A DNA stretch of 64,000 bases from Selaginella moellendorffii (taxonomy: Eukaryota; Plantae; Lycopodiophyta), in NCBI RefSeq assembly GCF_000143415.4, contig NW_003314310.1:924611-988610 (forward strand). The letters run 5' to 3'. The number at the start of each line of letters is the position of its first letter. The first letter of the stretch is position 1. Positions 49,482 through 64,000 of this stretch are shown here, piece by piece. Position numbers and translations under genes: made by a program. Under the pieces are notes generated by a model that saw only the letters and a program-made list of their open reading frames with translations, was not told the origin of the DNA and ran no database searches.

Positions 49482-52400
49482 GTGGGAAACACACCGACTT
49501 AAATGAATGATGGAATTACCTCTCCTCTATGTCCAATGATGTTAAGACTCAAATACCCTCCAGCTGTCACTGACAAAGAAATGATTAATAGAGTTAACCA
49601 CCCTTGCTGCTTTGAATACCACTTGGCTTCCAAAGGAATGATATATCCCTGCCTACAAGGACATAAGGAGAGAGCCAAAGGCCTAACTCCCATGAGCAAG
49701 AAATCAACCCACGTTAGGAAGATTTAGATAACTATTATAAACTGACAGCTTAAATTGTTTACACAATTATGCCCCTTTAAAAAATGAGTCATCGAGAGAG
49801 AGAGGTGGGGACTTGTGATTAATCTATAATAGTTATCCCTATGGTTATAGATTGGAACCATGCACCAAAGTGTCAAAGTCAGCCTACCAAAACTGACTTA
49901 AAAAAAAAACAACGAACGAACGGGACTTTTGATTTGATAAAAATATATTATTTTATTGATTTGCAAGATTTATTACATGATTTACAAAAGTTAATCTTTA
50001 TTACAATTTTTATATTCTGTGACAAGCTCACGAGCATGCATAAGATTTCTAAGAGGTTCCCATGGAATGACCACCACAAGCCTTGCGGGACAAGAGAATC
50101 ACCTTGACCTCATACTCAAAGTCACCATTTACAACTTCCTAAGAAGGACGAATGTCCATAGAGCAATCAACAGCAACACGATATGGTGTCAGTAAACTGA
50201 CATGAAACACATCATATACATGGGATAACTCATCCAAAAGATCCAACTTATATGATATATCATCAATTCACTTCAACACTCGATAGGGCTTAACATATTT
50301 TGGTAACAACTTTTGAGACAAAGAGCTCTTAATATTCAAGTTTTGGGAAGATAGCCACACCTGATCTCCCACTTGATAAGATACATCCTGATAATGTTGA
50401 TTCTTGTCATGTCAATATCTATCCTAAACTTTGCCCATCGCCTTAGTAGCTTTTTAGGCATGATAGTGAGGGTGTTTGGCAGATATGGTAAGCTACTATA
50501 TAACAATATTGAGGGACTAGATTCAATATTGTAGAGGTTCTTGATACTAGCAAGTGCAAACCAATGATAGGAGTTTCTCAAACCAGACCAAGTCTGCTTA
50601 GCAAGAAACATATAGGAGTTCCTACCTTATGTTTATCCGATTTAAGTACACGGCCATTGATTAGTTTCTCAACTAGCTCAAGTGAGAACTATAAAAGAAA
50701 CCAACTATACTGACCTTCTGCCTTCATGGCAATAAAGAGAAAGTGTCCATAAGGACTGGCTGAGAAGTATCTTTTGATACTTGAAGTCACATTTGCGATA
50801 GTCTCATATTGGTACATAACCTCCTCATAGATAAAGCTATAATACGGGTATTAACTGTAAACAACTAAAGGGAATGACTTGAGAGACAATTTATATGGAG
50901 GGAATTAAATATAGAGGGAAAGGATCCATGAATAAGAGTGCACCCCCTTTTCCAATCGATTAAGGGTCTTGAGATAGCATCGTTGGGTTTGAATAGTATT
51001 GGGCATTTAGGAGCTTACATTAATATCTCAACCTCAATCAATTAAGTTGGACATCATCATTCTTAGCTAAGGCATAAAGCTACCAAGACTAAGTCAGGAT
51101 TAGTGAGAGCTCATTATTCTCATAAAGTCTAACAAAATGTAAAGTGCAACTTACCATCTAGCATAATGTTACAAAAGAAAGGCATAAAAGTCACCTTTCT
51201 AAAAAAGTGTAATAGCCACTTTTATACATCAACTCCAAACTCTATCCAATTCAATTACTTTAGCCCTAAAAGTCAACATCCCTAAAAATCAATATCCCAG
51301 CATTATATAAACTATATATTAAGGTCTAATCTAACTAAAGTCAACTCTAACCTTTCACTAGTTTGTATTAACTTCTAAAAATAGAATAGTTTTCAAGAAA
51401 AATGATTAGCAAATTAACCATTGGAAAAGTCTAGGAAAATTTGTGGAAAATTTTTCATCCTAGAGAAAGAATGACTCCTAGTTTAGAAATACAAACTTTC
51501 AAAACTCAACTAACTTCCTTTTACCAACAATTTCATATATGTTCACCTTGACATAAATTTTCATAACCCAACAATATGTTTCAACATTGAACATCTTGCC
51601 CATATTTTCGACATCTAACACCAATATTTACAAAATGCAAATGAATACCTAAGAGTTGATCACAAATACTATATCTTTGAATATTCACATTATATTAACA
51701 CTCTTCTCCAATCACCTTTAAGATCCAATGTGAAGCCAAAACACTAACAAAAAAAATAATATGGAAAATCAAGATCTAAAGAAAATTCCTTATCACTCAA
51801 AATCCACTAACACAAGTGCTAGCGATGTCAATGCCTCAATTACACACCTTCCTCATCTAACAATCTATTCCAAGTGCTAACAGATAAACTAACAAACCAT
51901 AATGAATGAATGCTATAACCCTTTCCAACATTTTATAGGCAAACCCTGAAAGAAACAAGGTACCAACTCAAGTTTAGCATAATAGACCACTATTGAAAAT
52001 CCAATCAAAGCTACTACAATGTTACTACATGTAAGTAAACTAGCTTTACCATCAACCACTTTGGGTTGATCATTGTTCAATCAAGCAACTCGTAAACACA
52101 TTGCTCGCGATCACATGGATATGATATAAATATCATAATAACTTGATCATTAATTGAGTAACACCACGAGCAATGCCCATGTCATTACTTCAAAGGTTTA
52201 TGTGAGTATCAAAATGCCAATTTAATTTGACAAAATGCCACATAAATGCCACACCCCATCAACAGAGATTTACAACACTTAACACCATTAACTTTTGTTC
52301 GCAACACAGATAAGTTTATACCATTATCTTTATGACAAAACTCAAAATTAATCCAACACCAAGCTACTCAAGGAGCAATTAGCAAGGTTCTTCAAAAAAG

Positions 52401-55400
52401 AATTAAACGTTGTAACCTAAATCTTCAATAACAAGCTTAGATAAAATAGTTTAGCACTTCCCCACTATCCATCATACAACTCATCACTTGTAAGACCATT
52501 ATTTCCAAAAAAGAAAAGATGATTTATGTGTTTGATCCTTCGTCCTTAACAACTCTCTTTTTGGTCTTATCTTGATTAAACCTCAAGCTTGTATTTGCAC
52601 TGCTTTCAGTTCAATCCAAGAAAAGTTAACAAGAGAGCATGGCAATGACTATTTAAACCAATAGACTATTTCCTATAGTCTTGATTGATCCACTTATAAT
52701 CATGTCTAGGAAGGATCCACTAATGTTGTACTAAATAACTACGGACCAATCTATTCACCACTTTTATCAAATGCAAGGGAGGTTTATTTTCACCCATGGT
52801 CATGGTAACCATTAATAGGTTAACATTAAGCTTGCCAATTCAAAGTGTAAACTTGAGTTGCTAATGTGCCTCACTTACGAGCCCAAGTGCAAACTTGTGC
52901 AAAATGGTACATCTCAATCCATCTTATAAGCCCAAGAGCAAGCTCACATAATCTAGTACAAAAAAGTAATCAAAATCCATACCCAAGGAATGAATATGAA
53001 GTCTTAACACTCAAACACATATACCCATTTGGATCATTATTTTCATCTCTTCATATGCAACAATATTAGTTGCCCAATCTCATTAGATAGTACTTTTATG
53101 TGCCATATATCACAGGCCACATGTCCAAAGAATAATAGAGTGGAACCTGAGTTTCAAGGCCTTGGGCCATTGAATGAAGGAACAGAACCAAACTCTTAAG
53201 CATGGAGTTAAAGAGCGAAGGAACTGGAGCATGAAGCAACTCTCAAGTGTATAGCCCAAGGAGCAAAGGGGTAGGAGCATGGAGCGATTTGGAACAATCC
53301 TAGAACATTCAACATCTCAATGCTAGGACCAGCATGCAAAATGGAGCCAAATAAATTTTAGTACTATTTTAGCATACTAGTGACTTAACACAAAGATATA
53401 GGTACTCTACCAATTAGCATGGTGTGGAACTTAGGCTTAGACCCAAGCTAAATGCAAAACAAAGACAAACATGCAAGCAAGCTAAATTATGCTTTAGGTT
53501 GGTCAACCATGCTCGACCTACCCATTATCCCTATTACACATTTGGAATCCCCTATATCTCCCCCCCCTCCCTCTGAGGAACACATGCTTTGGCTTAGCCA
53601 TCCTTAATACCAAGAGTTAGTCTCTAGGACTAACTTGAAACTTACTTACTAAATATGGAATGGTATTAGATTGCGAATTTAGATATGGGGCCAACACCAT
53701 TGTGTTCAGAACAATCTCTACATTTTGTAAATATGCCAAATTAGCAAATCTAAACATTTTTCATAAATAACCATTGGGATCGAATAGGACCAACACAAGG
53801 GGCATGATAGTGAGGGTGTTTAGCAAACATGGTAAACTATCATTCGGCAATATTGAGGGATTAGTCTTAATAAGCGGGGAGCTAATACAAGACACAACGA
53901 GATGGGAACTCCTTACCAGACTAAATATGTTTAGCTAATAGCATGTTAGAATTTCATCCTTATGCTCATTTGGTCTCAGTACACTAAAAATGCTCAATTA
54001 ACTTCATTAGCATAAGAGGGATTGATAAAGGGTCCAACAATACCAACATTCTACCATCATGGCAGTAAAGAAAGAATATCCAAAAAGACTAATCAACAGA
54101 TAACTTTCGATATCTGAACTACACCAAATTAAATGAGTTAAGGTAACCTCTTTATTTAATGCAACTGTGCTATAAACTCAAACACCTTCCAGCTGTTGCC
54201 GACAAGGAAATAACCAATGAAGTTAGCCACCCTTGCTACTCTGGGTGTCACCCAACTTACAAAAGTGTGATACGCCCCTGTCTATAAGGATATAGAGAGA
54301 GAAGCTAAAGGCCCCAACCCTCATGAACAAAGAAATTAAACCCATTGGTAAGGTTTAAATAAACTACTAGAAGCAGATAATTAGAGTTTCTTACCCAGTC
54401 ATACCCTTTTTACAATATAAGGAACATCGACAAAGAGACGGATGATATAATTAGTTGACATTAGCTACCCCATAACTAGAGATTTCACCATACATACAAA
54501 ATGCCGAACTCAGTCTACCTATACTGGCCTAAACTCAAATATCAATAAATGGACAATATCAAAGTCTGAGACAATGATATCTAAGAGATTTAATTATCAG
54601 TGAATAAATCTTAGATTAGAACACAAAATATTCTAAGTAACTTATCATCCAATAAACCAGAACTATAGTATAGGAACCACCAAAATCATTATAATTGGAA
54701 AATATAAGATTCACCATTTAACAAAATTTAATAGCCAACGTATCATCAAGAAAACTCAATGATAAAACTTAACTATCAAAGTTTGCAAATAGCATGCTAA
54801 ACAACTTATGTAAGATAACTCAAAGAACACACAAAGTATCAGCGACTAGCAAACAAAATGCTCACGAATGTATCACCCAAAAGAAATAATATCTAATCTA
54901 ACAAAACTAACTATAACAAAAATCAACAGAACAAAATGAATGTGGCAAGACCAACAAATATAACATTCATATTAACTTTCACATTACCCAATTAAAATAA
55001 ATCCCAATCAACCATACTAAGAGACTCAAATTGCTCAAGCAATCGTTAGCTACATCCTACTAATATCTCAAACCCAAGAGACCAATCCAAAACAAACTAC
55101 AAAGAAATGTGATAATACAAAAAACTAAAAGCCATCAAAGAGAATAAGTAACTATCATGAAAAATTATCAATCATCCCATCAATGACCAGATGCATAATC
55201 ATCATTGAAAAACAAATCCACCATCCTGAAAAATGGTAAATCATTCAATATCAACAATAATCAAGAAAAACCTTTAAGAAGAATAATCAATTATCCTAGA
55301 TGATAGTTAATCATCACCAATAATTGCTAAATGTAAATACTATTTCAACATTAAAGCTAATGAGCTAAAATGCCTTTCCCAATAACTCCTAACAAATAGA

Positions 55401-56539
55401 ATAATGAGCATGAAAACTCAATGAACTGAAAGCTCAAAGAAGGTTATAGCCAAATCTTGCCTAATAATGATCACAAATCTCAAATCAAGTAACTTCAATG
55501 TTAAAGAAGAAATTATAATACAACCCATAATATCCTTCTTAGTACATCTAGAAGCTAAATTTCATAATGCCAAAACTAATAAAGGGCATTTTTGCATCAA
55601 TCCAAAAACCAAGCATAATAAAGTTATGCTTAACAAGTGATCAAAGGATATCTCATTTCACTCAAGTTTTAATATCGATAATGTTGATAACAAGGCATTG
55701 CTTCAATGCCATGAACACCAAAACAAAGTTAAAAAAAAGCAAGAGTGAATCACCACTCAAAGCTCTTTAGCAACTAAGCTAACCAAAGTAAAAAATATCA
55801 TACTTAGTATTTGTAATCCTTCAACAATACCTCAGCTATAGATAACATTTCATCAAAGAGTGAATTATCACATCTAAGACTCAATGAAATCTAACACCAC
55901 AGACTAAATACAACTAAATAATATCGATAGAGGTAGAGTCAACATGCCAACATGGAAAAACTATGTAAGTTTAAAGACACAATCCTTTACAACACCATTT
56001 AATAAAGCAAATCTATCACTGCTAAATCATTATCGAACAAAGCAAGTGTCAACAATCCTTAATAAAGTTTATATGCAATCACTAGTCACAAATCAATTAT
56101 TAATCACTTTTCAACTTGCCTTTCATAAGACCCAACACTAAACTCATGCCATCAAGTCATATATGACTAAACATGTTGATGAGCTTATTGTTATACGATT
56201 GGATTAAATAGTCATTTAGTCTATCCTTGTCCATGTTCCTATATCTCATACCTGGGGTATTACTTTCATGTTAGATAATATAGCTTTGAGCATGCCTTGA
56301 AGAGGTTAAGTATGCATGATCACATTTAGTCAAAACTAAAGTGAAAATCATGAGATGAACTCATATTGGTACACAACCTCCTCATAAACAAAGCTATAGT
56401 ATGGGTATTAATATCTTAACTTCAAATAACTAAGTTGGATATCATTATCCTCAGCCAAGGTGCAAGGCTACCAAGTCAAAATTAGTGAAAGCTCACTACT
56501 CTTATAGAGTTTAACAAAATTCAAGATGCAACCTGCCAC
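49482..56539. other. AT-rich decayed repetitive DNA, unassigned
   Basis: No credible ORF. Diverged internal duplications (about 50800-50850 and 51040-51155 vs 56360-56539; about 50455-50800 vs 53800-54120). Confidence 0.4.
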
Positions 56540-58095
56540 ATGCTCTATTTCGTTAAAGTGGGATTTATTCAGTAAAATGGGACTAGGTACAAATTTTCAA
56601 GTATTTGAAAATGACATGAAATTATATGTTTTTTGTCCAGGGGCTAGACATATCTGGGGCATGGTGACTAGCGCGGTGACCTTATGTCCAGACTGAGTCC
56701 ATCTGGTTGTATAATAAATCTCATTGTCAAGGTGAACAAGCCGAATCTGAAGCTAAAGAAGAGCGATGGCATGCGCGCATACACTATTTGTTTGTTCATT
56801 GAGCGTGTGGTGAGCTTTCCAAGATGAACATCATTCCTATTAGCCAGACATATAACTTAATGGTGAGAACATTTAGATATTATTCAATGTTATCTTTTTC
56901 TAACGAATCTAATTGTGAAGGTGTAGCAAGAGGCATTGCTAGTCTGGAGAAGTCATTTAACTCATTTGACCCTTAGTGTATTTTCATGAAACTAAATAAC
57001 ATTCATATTATTAAGGAATTTCTCTAGTACCTTTTTTTTACGACATAGAGGCTTGCATTTCTTTCAAAGGTGATTTAGTAAAAGGCCTGAGGGCACATGC
57101 CATTCTATTTCTCAGACCGGTATTAAGATATACTAGTGCAAAGGGAAAAAGGTATTTGGTGATCAAGTAAATGGCATGAGGGCACACGCCATTATAAGCC
57201 TAAGCGCTAGTGGACACCTCCTTTTTGGTACTCTCAGCGGTACTATCATCCTTCTCCGGGTCAGTTGTTTTGCTTTGGATTGTTGTCTCTGACGTTACTG
57301 GGGTGTTCTCGATAGTTGTTAATGTTGCCGTTTGTTCAGAAAAATGATCACCTGGAGTATAGTACGGGGAGTTTGGAAGACTTATATATTCTACATCTTC
57401 ACCTATCTCCTTCTCCGTCTCCTTTTCTGCCTCACTTACAGATTTTGTGCTTGCCATGAGAACGCTCTTCACCCTAAAATATGGAGTTCGTTGTGTTATA
57501 AAAGGAAACCAACACACACGCTGCAAGGGAATGATGGTACATAAAGCACGTAAGCCCACAATATGGGTTTATGTGCCATTAATATGGGCCACACGCCATA
57601 TTATTAGATTTATGCACGTGTGATTGGTAAATGCATATGTCACATCATCTTTGTTTTACCTCACACACTATATTAGGCCTAATGAACCATATCACATGTG
57701 CACACATGCTATATATATGGAGAAGTATTATGCAAGGATAGAAATTCAATGCATGATTGTGGAGAGCAATGGCATGAAGCCACATGCTAAATAACATTTT
57801 AGAGAAAGAATTAAAATAAAAACATGCAAACAGTACTAAGTGGACCAAGACTTAGAAGTGCACAATTGAATGAGGTATTTCTAATAAATACTTCACTCAC
57901 CTCATATAGGAATGGCTACCACTCTCAAATGGCGTATCGCCTCATGCCATCACCTCGCAATTTGTTATAACAATCCGATGAATTCATATTCGGCTTGTTC
58001 ACCTTGAACTTTAAGTAAGATTTGCTAGAACAACTAAGAATTTATACTTGTTATTTGTATCATCTCACCTAGGAATGGCGTAAGGCCACATGCCA

Positions 58096-60839
58096 TCACA
58101 CCTCCTCTGATTCAGATTCGGATTGTTCACCTTGAAATAAAATACATTAGAAACTTAGTAAAGGAATATTAATGAATCTCACCTTGAACCCGGGTTATGA
58201 ATGCTCTTGCTGCATCTCTTGCATGGTCTGGCAAGGTGATGGTGGCACTCTGCTTCCGCATCCAACCATGCACAACATTATCCACTGATATGCTCATGCT
58301 GGGATCCCTTGGATTCAGCACCCATCTCTTTTCTAGGCAATCGTTCGTATATCCGGAACTTGGCTTGAACCACTCCACAGTTACATTGAAGGAGTTAGTT
58401 TCCGCGTCCTCCTCTGCATCAGTGATGCAGCGCCCCACCCATATCATTTGTTTTTTATTACTGGGTCTGACAAGCACGACCATTCCTTTGCAGACCTGTA
58501 CTGGATTGAATGCTGAATCCGGCTTCTTGTTCCTCGGCCCACAATAGTGATCCTCAACATCGTTATCTGTCACTGCATTTCCAGAGGACATTGTTCCGCT
58601 ACTATCTGGTGCTCTGGGTTCTGGCCAAAAGGACTCTTCCAATTCTTCATATACAACCGGCCCATTTTGGATAGCAGATATAATCTTCTCCCAGTATTCG
58701 AGCAAAGGCTTGCACCTCTGAAAATAGGATTCTCCACCAAACACCAACCCCCTCTTCCAGAAGGCAATATGCTGTCTAATCCCGGCCACTATACTTTCCT
58801 GGTCTTTGAGTCCATCCGGGTGCATCGGCCGTGGGGAACCCTGAGGAATCATAGGTTCCCCAGTTATGGGATCTCTCTTGAAGAGTTCAATGCCGTCCAC
58901 TGGCAGCCACACTGTGTCCCATTCTCTCATCTTGTACCTCATCACTGGAGCACCGTCACACATGCTGAAATGAAACTGAAGAGGCTTGGAGTGGCCAATC
59001 AGCGTTTCGGATCCGTCCCTGATGTAGCCTCTTACAAACCCCTTAAAGTCTGGAACCTTTGTCAGAAGTGCAGCTTCAACAGTGCCTTTGATGCAATTTT
59101 GGAATTCATCGTAGAGTTGTGGGAGGGTGAGGACATTGGATCGCCGGAGGGACTCTGCCAGGTGACTGAACATGGCATCGACGTCTTCATGAGTGTGCCC
59201 AACCATGAGAAAGCCAAGTGTAACCGTTTCAAATATGCCTTTGGCAACAAACATCGCCAAGTACGCGAAGACGTACATGTTTTTGTTCTCACTGCCAGCA
59301 TTGTCTGTTTGGAGCAGAAGATGGGGTGGAAGGCCACATCGGCCGCAAGAACTTCCTTGAGATTCTGCTTCGTTTGGATGAGGCTGTGCATTCACCGGGC
59401 GACCAGCCTCGTCGGAATGGCATGAGGCCTCACGTGATAACCCTACAATCTGACGGCCAACATATTCACTGGGATGGCATAGGGCCCCACGCGATACTGC
59501 AAGCCTTTGCTCCTCCTCCAGCTGAACCCTGTATGGGGTTCGATCGACAAGGGCCTTATGCAAGGGTTGGCCGTTCAGCTCAGTCTGCGCACTTTGTAGA
59601 GACCTTAAGTGTTTTGCTAGGGACGCAATCATCATGTTTGCACCCCCGCCACCCCATAGAGGTACAAAGAAGTTCCCATAGTTCTGGGCACCATGCCCAT
59701 GAGCGATTATGCCAAACAGAGACACAGGCAGCTGCATGGATGAAGAGATTGCCTTGGGGGCAGGATTGAGTCGAGGTAAGCACGTCTTTTTCTAGTCCAT
59801 TTTGTCGTGGATGATGCAGAGGTAAGAGTCAGGTCTCTCCATGGAGAGAATCCTGTTATGATAATATGCAGTCCTGCAGCTTCTCTGCTCGATGTTGTGG
59901 TCGAGCCGCCTTCTAACCAACGTCTCTCGCTCTTGAGCGCTGCAAGAATTCTTCGACAAAGCCATTTTGATAGCAGTGCACTCGTCACACTTTGAAAAGC
60001 TGGAGTACTTTCCTATACTCACATCCCTGAACCTGTTGCTCCACAATCTACTAAATCTAGATTGGCTCAGCTTCCTGTAGCCATTACTCTGGAGTTCCCG
60101 ATTCACATCTTCCAATATGGCCCCCTTGGTATACATGGAAGGGAGAACTCGTTGGGTGTCTCGTGTTCCATCTTCCAAGAGGCGGGTTTTATGTGGTTGC
60201 TGCTCGCTACATGTCTCGACAAACCTCTTGAAGATTGCCTCTCCATATACAACATGACCCCTGGTTTTGTGCGTACCGTCGTTCCCATGGACTGCCTGTT
60301 GAACCCTTTGTTCCTCGAACTCAGTTTTGATTCTGTAGAATGTGGTTCGAGGGACTCCATAAATGATTCTCCATGCCTTCATGCAGACCAAACCCCTCTG
60401 GAAGACCATGCCCCCCACCTAATGTTCTGAAGCATCAACAGATGACTGTAATGCCTCATACACAAAATTGCGAGCTGCCTTCCAGGACAATGTCTTGTAT
60501 CTTGCTCTCTCCTCTTCAATAGCATCCCAATCAGCATGTTGACAGCACCTCCTCTTGCAACAAGCAACTGTCGAGACCATTCGAACCTCCATCGCCATTT
60601 TCTGCCTTTTCGGTTCGTTGCTCAGATCCCTTTGGCTGCGCTTTAGGAAGGCGTAATTTCTTTTCCCATGAAGAGATGTTCTGTCATCAGTTGTAGTGGT
60701 GTTTGATTGTGAATCCTTCACACTCTCAAACACTAAGTGCCTCAATTTCCACCGCACAATGCTTCCAATAGTCAGACTGTTTTGCAACTCTCTTCCCACC
60801 ATTCAAAATGTAAACCTTTTCCCCAACCCTGAAGGCCAT
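58096..60839 (-). pseudogene. Transposase, copy 3 (disrupted)
   Basis: 398-bp deletion (copy 1 9475-9872) at AAAA microhomology near 60780 causes a frameshift. Extra stop at 60419-60421. Shared TAG at 59792-59794. Confidence 0.82.
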
Positions 60840-63816
60840 TCTGAAAGTGCAGAAAAGAAGTTAAGACCATACAAAAAATGATTGGAGAATGGCCTAAATC
60901 ATAACATACCAAACAACCTCAATAGCATGAGGCCACATGCCATTATTCAAACATGCTATTGACACCCACGTGAAATTTCGCATTCACAAAATTGGCATGA
61001 GGCCTCATGCCATCTTGATATACACACAGCTGCAGGCAAGTAAAAACATACATGACAATACGCTAGCCATGAAATTGCAAGGGCCCAAGATGGCATGTGG
61101 CCTCATGCCATTTTTAAATGTGGTCCTAAGCCATTCCATGGTGAACATACCAGGAAGCACAAGTGCCGAATATCAAGAGGAAGCGGTAGCCACACCAAAG
61201 ACAGTGCCGCTCGCAACACCGCAACTACTCGTAGCGCCGCTCGCAACACCGCAACTGCTCGTAGCGCCGCTCGCACAAACTGCCACTCGCATAAACTGCC
61301 GCTCGCAATGGCGCTCGCAATGCCGCAACCGCTCGTAGACGCATAAACCACAGCCCACAACGCCGCTTACACAAGCAGCGCTCACTGCGCTCAGCGGAAC
61401 CAAGAACACGGCGCACAAAAATGATAGACCTAGGAATGAGTTCGAGAATTCAAAAATAACACACGCTTGAACGTCACATCAAATCCTCTGACAAACCAGA
61501 TCTTATGATTCCTCTGACAAATTTCAAACTGAGTAGCTTCTAGACTTTGCTGTCGGAGGTTGAACTTTGTCACATCATGTCCTTGCCTCGATCCAGCTGT
61601 GCCATGTCAGTGATTCGAACTTTGCCATGCCATGTCAGCGATCCACGCCAAGATTATTCGCCGTGTAAAGGAATAATTATGCTGTGTGTGTACGTCCATT
61701 TATGGCAATATAAGGCCACACGCCATTCAAAGAATAATGCTAGTCGAGCATTTTTTGGTGCATTTTTGGGTTCAAAATTGCATGAGCCCACACGCTATAA
61801 AGTTTACCTGTACCAAAAATAGAAACAGCTTTATTTACTTGGGAATTTAAGTGGTTGAGGCATTTTTAAACTTACAAACACATGCCCTACTTACATTCCT
61901 TTGGTTGCCTAAAATTCAAAAATATTATAAACCTTTCTTTTTGCATTTTCAATGTTTTCAATTATGGTTTTTGATTTTCGTAGGACCAGCCTAGTAATCT
62001 ATTTGCATCCCGTCATGTTTATAGCTAGCTTTCGTTTGTCCCCTTCGCTAGCCTGAGATACATCTGCTCGGCATCTGCCTCTTACAGCATTTGCCCAGAA
62101 AGGGCATCTTTCTTCACGCAGCATTTGCCACATGTTTAGGGTTTAGGGTTTAGGGTTTAGGGTTTAGCAATTCAGTAGCTTGATAAACATGCAAATACAG
62201 AACTTGATGCAAAATCCTTTGATATGTCACAATGCCCCTAGGACCATAAACACATTTCAATAGAGAGGGTCCTTTCATTTCATAACTCCTTACGTAGATC
62301 TTGGTGAAACCAGAGTTAGTGAAGTTAGTTTCTTGTGATCCCGCATCTGATTGTGATGTCCCTTTGCAGTTTCGATGGAAAGGTCAATGCACACCAAACT
62401 GTAAAATCTTGGAGCAAAATAACGGTCGGATCTATGGCAAATGCCCCTGAAACATTGTAAGGCTCGTGTGGTCTCATGTGGTGTCCGATTGAGATGCTTC
62501 TTTGCAGGGTCATCAAGAAAGACATTGTATACCATTCTGTAAAATCTAGTTGCGATCTAACGGTTGGATCTCCAGAAAACTCAAAAAAATCTCGCGCGTG
62601 TCAGAATATCCTAGAAATATACTCCTATGTGCCCCTGAAAATGGCATGCGGCCCCACGCCATTCAAGAGATAATGCCAGATGACGCCGAGAATTTTTTGG
62701 TGCATTTTTTGGGTTCAAAATTGCATGAGCCCACACGCTATAAAGTTTATCTTTGCCAAATAGAGAAAAGTTTATCTGTGTCATGTGAGGTAGTTACAAT
62801 CCTTTGTGCTCGGCATCTGCCTCTTGCAGCATTTGCACTGAAAGGGAATTTTTCTCCATTCAGCATTTGGCCCTGAAAATGGCATGCGCCCACACGCCAT
62901 TGAAGGAATAACGCCACAGGACGCCTGGATTTTTGGGTTTAAAATGTTTAGGGTTTTTTGGGTTTTTTCAAAATATTTTGGGTCCAACGTTTTTTGGGTT
63001 TCTTTGGTTCAAAATTGCATGAGCCCACACGCTATAATATTGATTTGAGAGAAAAATAGAAACAGATAGAATTTCTTTATTTAGCTGAACATCTGCCATT
63101 TTTGGAAATACAAGATGCTTTGGAATATCCAATCATGCATGGTATAAATATAGCGAGGGTATTAAATGATATCCCAATCATGATCTTTCTTTTGGATTTC
63201 GCGTGCATGCATTTTTAGGAATGATGACGTTGCGGATTTCTTTTGGATTTTGCGTGCTTGCATGCGCGCGGCAATCCAGAAATTAATGGTGGCGCCCAAG
63301 TCCGAGGAATGATGACGTGGCGGGATTACCAACCGTTGTGACATTTCGCGCGTGTGAGGTTAGGTTTTGCATTTTGCTTTGTACTCGCGCTCGCACACTC
63401 GCGCTCGCGCTCACATCACACTCTCGCTCGCGCTCGCATCACACTCGCGCTCCCGCTCGCGCTCGCATCACACTCGCGCTCCCACTCGCATCGCGCTCCC
63501 ACTCGCGATCACGCTCACTTCTCTACAGGTTTCTCGTGTGCATCGGCGTCCACTCGCGCTTGCATCACACTCGCGCTCGCATCGCGCTCGTGTGCATCGG
63601 CGTCCACTTCAAGACACACCCAGTTTGTAACTTCGCCGCCAACTCCGCCGCCCACTCCGCCACCCACACGCAGCCCACTTGGCGTCCCGGGAGATTTCAG
63701 CGCCACTCTCCAACTGTAAGTGGCAGAGTAGCCTTGCTGCTACGATCCGCTGCACACACAGTGCACATTCGCCAGCGAGTCCGGCCTCGATTGTCACGGC
63801 CTCCATTCGGCTTCAA

Positions 63817-64000
63817 ATGGTAAGTCTTTTAGACGAAGTAGAAAATGGCATGAGGCCACATGCCATTCAGTAGCAACATTGGCATGCACCGATTGGGCTC
63901 TCGAGTGCAGTCCGGTTACAGATGGCGTGTAGCCTCACGCCATCTTAGGATGCAGCCTCAAGACATCTGATGCAGTGGTGAATGGCGTGTGGCCTCACGT
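63817..64000 (+). CDS. Start codon and part of the first intron of the cargo gene, copy 3 (partial)
   Basis: ATG|GTAAGT at 63817-63825, equivalent to 6760-6752 in copy 1. Confidence 0.55.

Larger units (their letters stand above)
56540..64000 (-). mobile_element. Same transposon, copy 3 (inverted, runs off the window end)
   Basis: TIR ATGCTCTATTTCGTTAAAGTGGGA at 56540-56563. Reverse complement of copy 1 from 14112 back to about 6570. Predicted TSD CCAC (56536-56539). Confidence 0.9.

Noticed and set aside
49482-56539. Host genes or pol remnants in the AT-rich region
   Set aside because: Only short ORFs without recognisable motifs; cannot be supported without a translated search.

Overview
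Repeat-rich eukaryotic DNA, most likely a land plant (CCCTAAA repeats, chromovirus, tRNA-Met primer sites). The main content is three copies of a ~13.4 kb cut-and-paste DNA transposon with 24-bp TIRs and 4-bp TSDs: 704-14112 (+), 16577-33053 (+, split by a 3.3 kb chromovirus) and 56540 to past 64000 (-). The element has two divergent genes. One is a Sola1-like DDD transposase. The other is an 11-exon cargo gene I assembled by hand from tiny GT-AG introns; it is open in copy 2 (1627 aa) and predicted to fuse a ParB/Srx-like domain, a degenerate N4/N6 DNA-methyltransferase-like fold and an FCP1/NIF-like HAD phosphatase. About 28 copies of a 22-bp palindrome (ATGGCRTGnGGCCnCAYGCCAT) are spread along each element, many inside its introns, and I saw none outside it. 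This suggests a ParB/parS-like or VANC-like self-recognition system. All three transposase copies share one in-frame TAG in the catalytic core. The rest is a nest of a non-coding or decayed LTR family with ~1.6 kb minisatellite-bearing LTRs, plus ~7 kb of AT-rich decayed sequence. Domain calls are by-eye motif recognition, not database searches.
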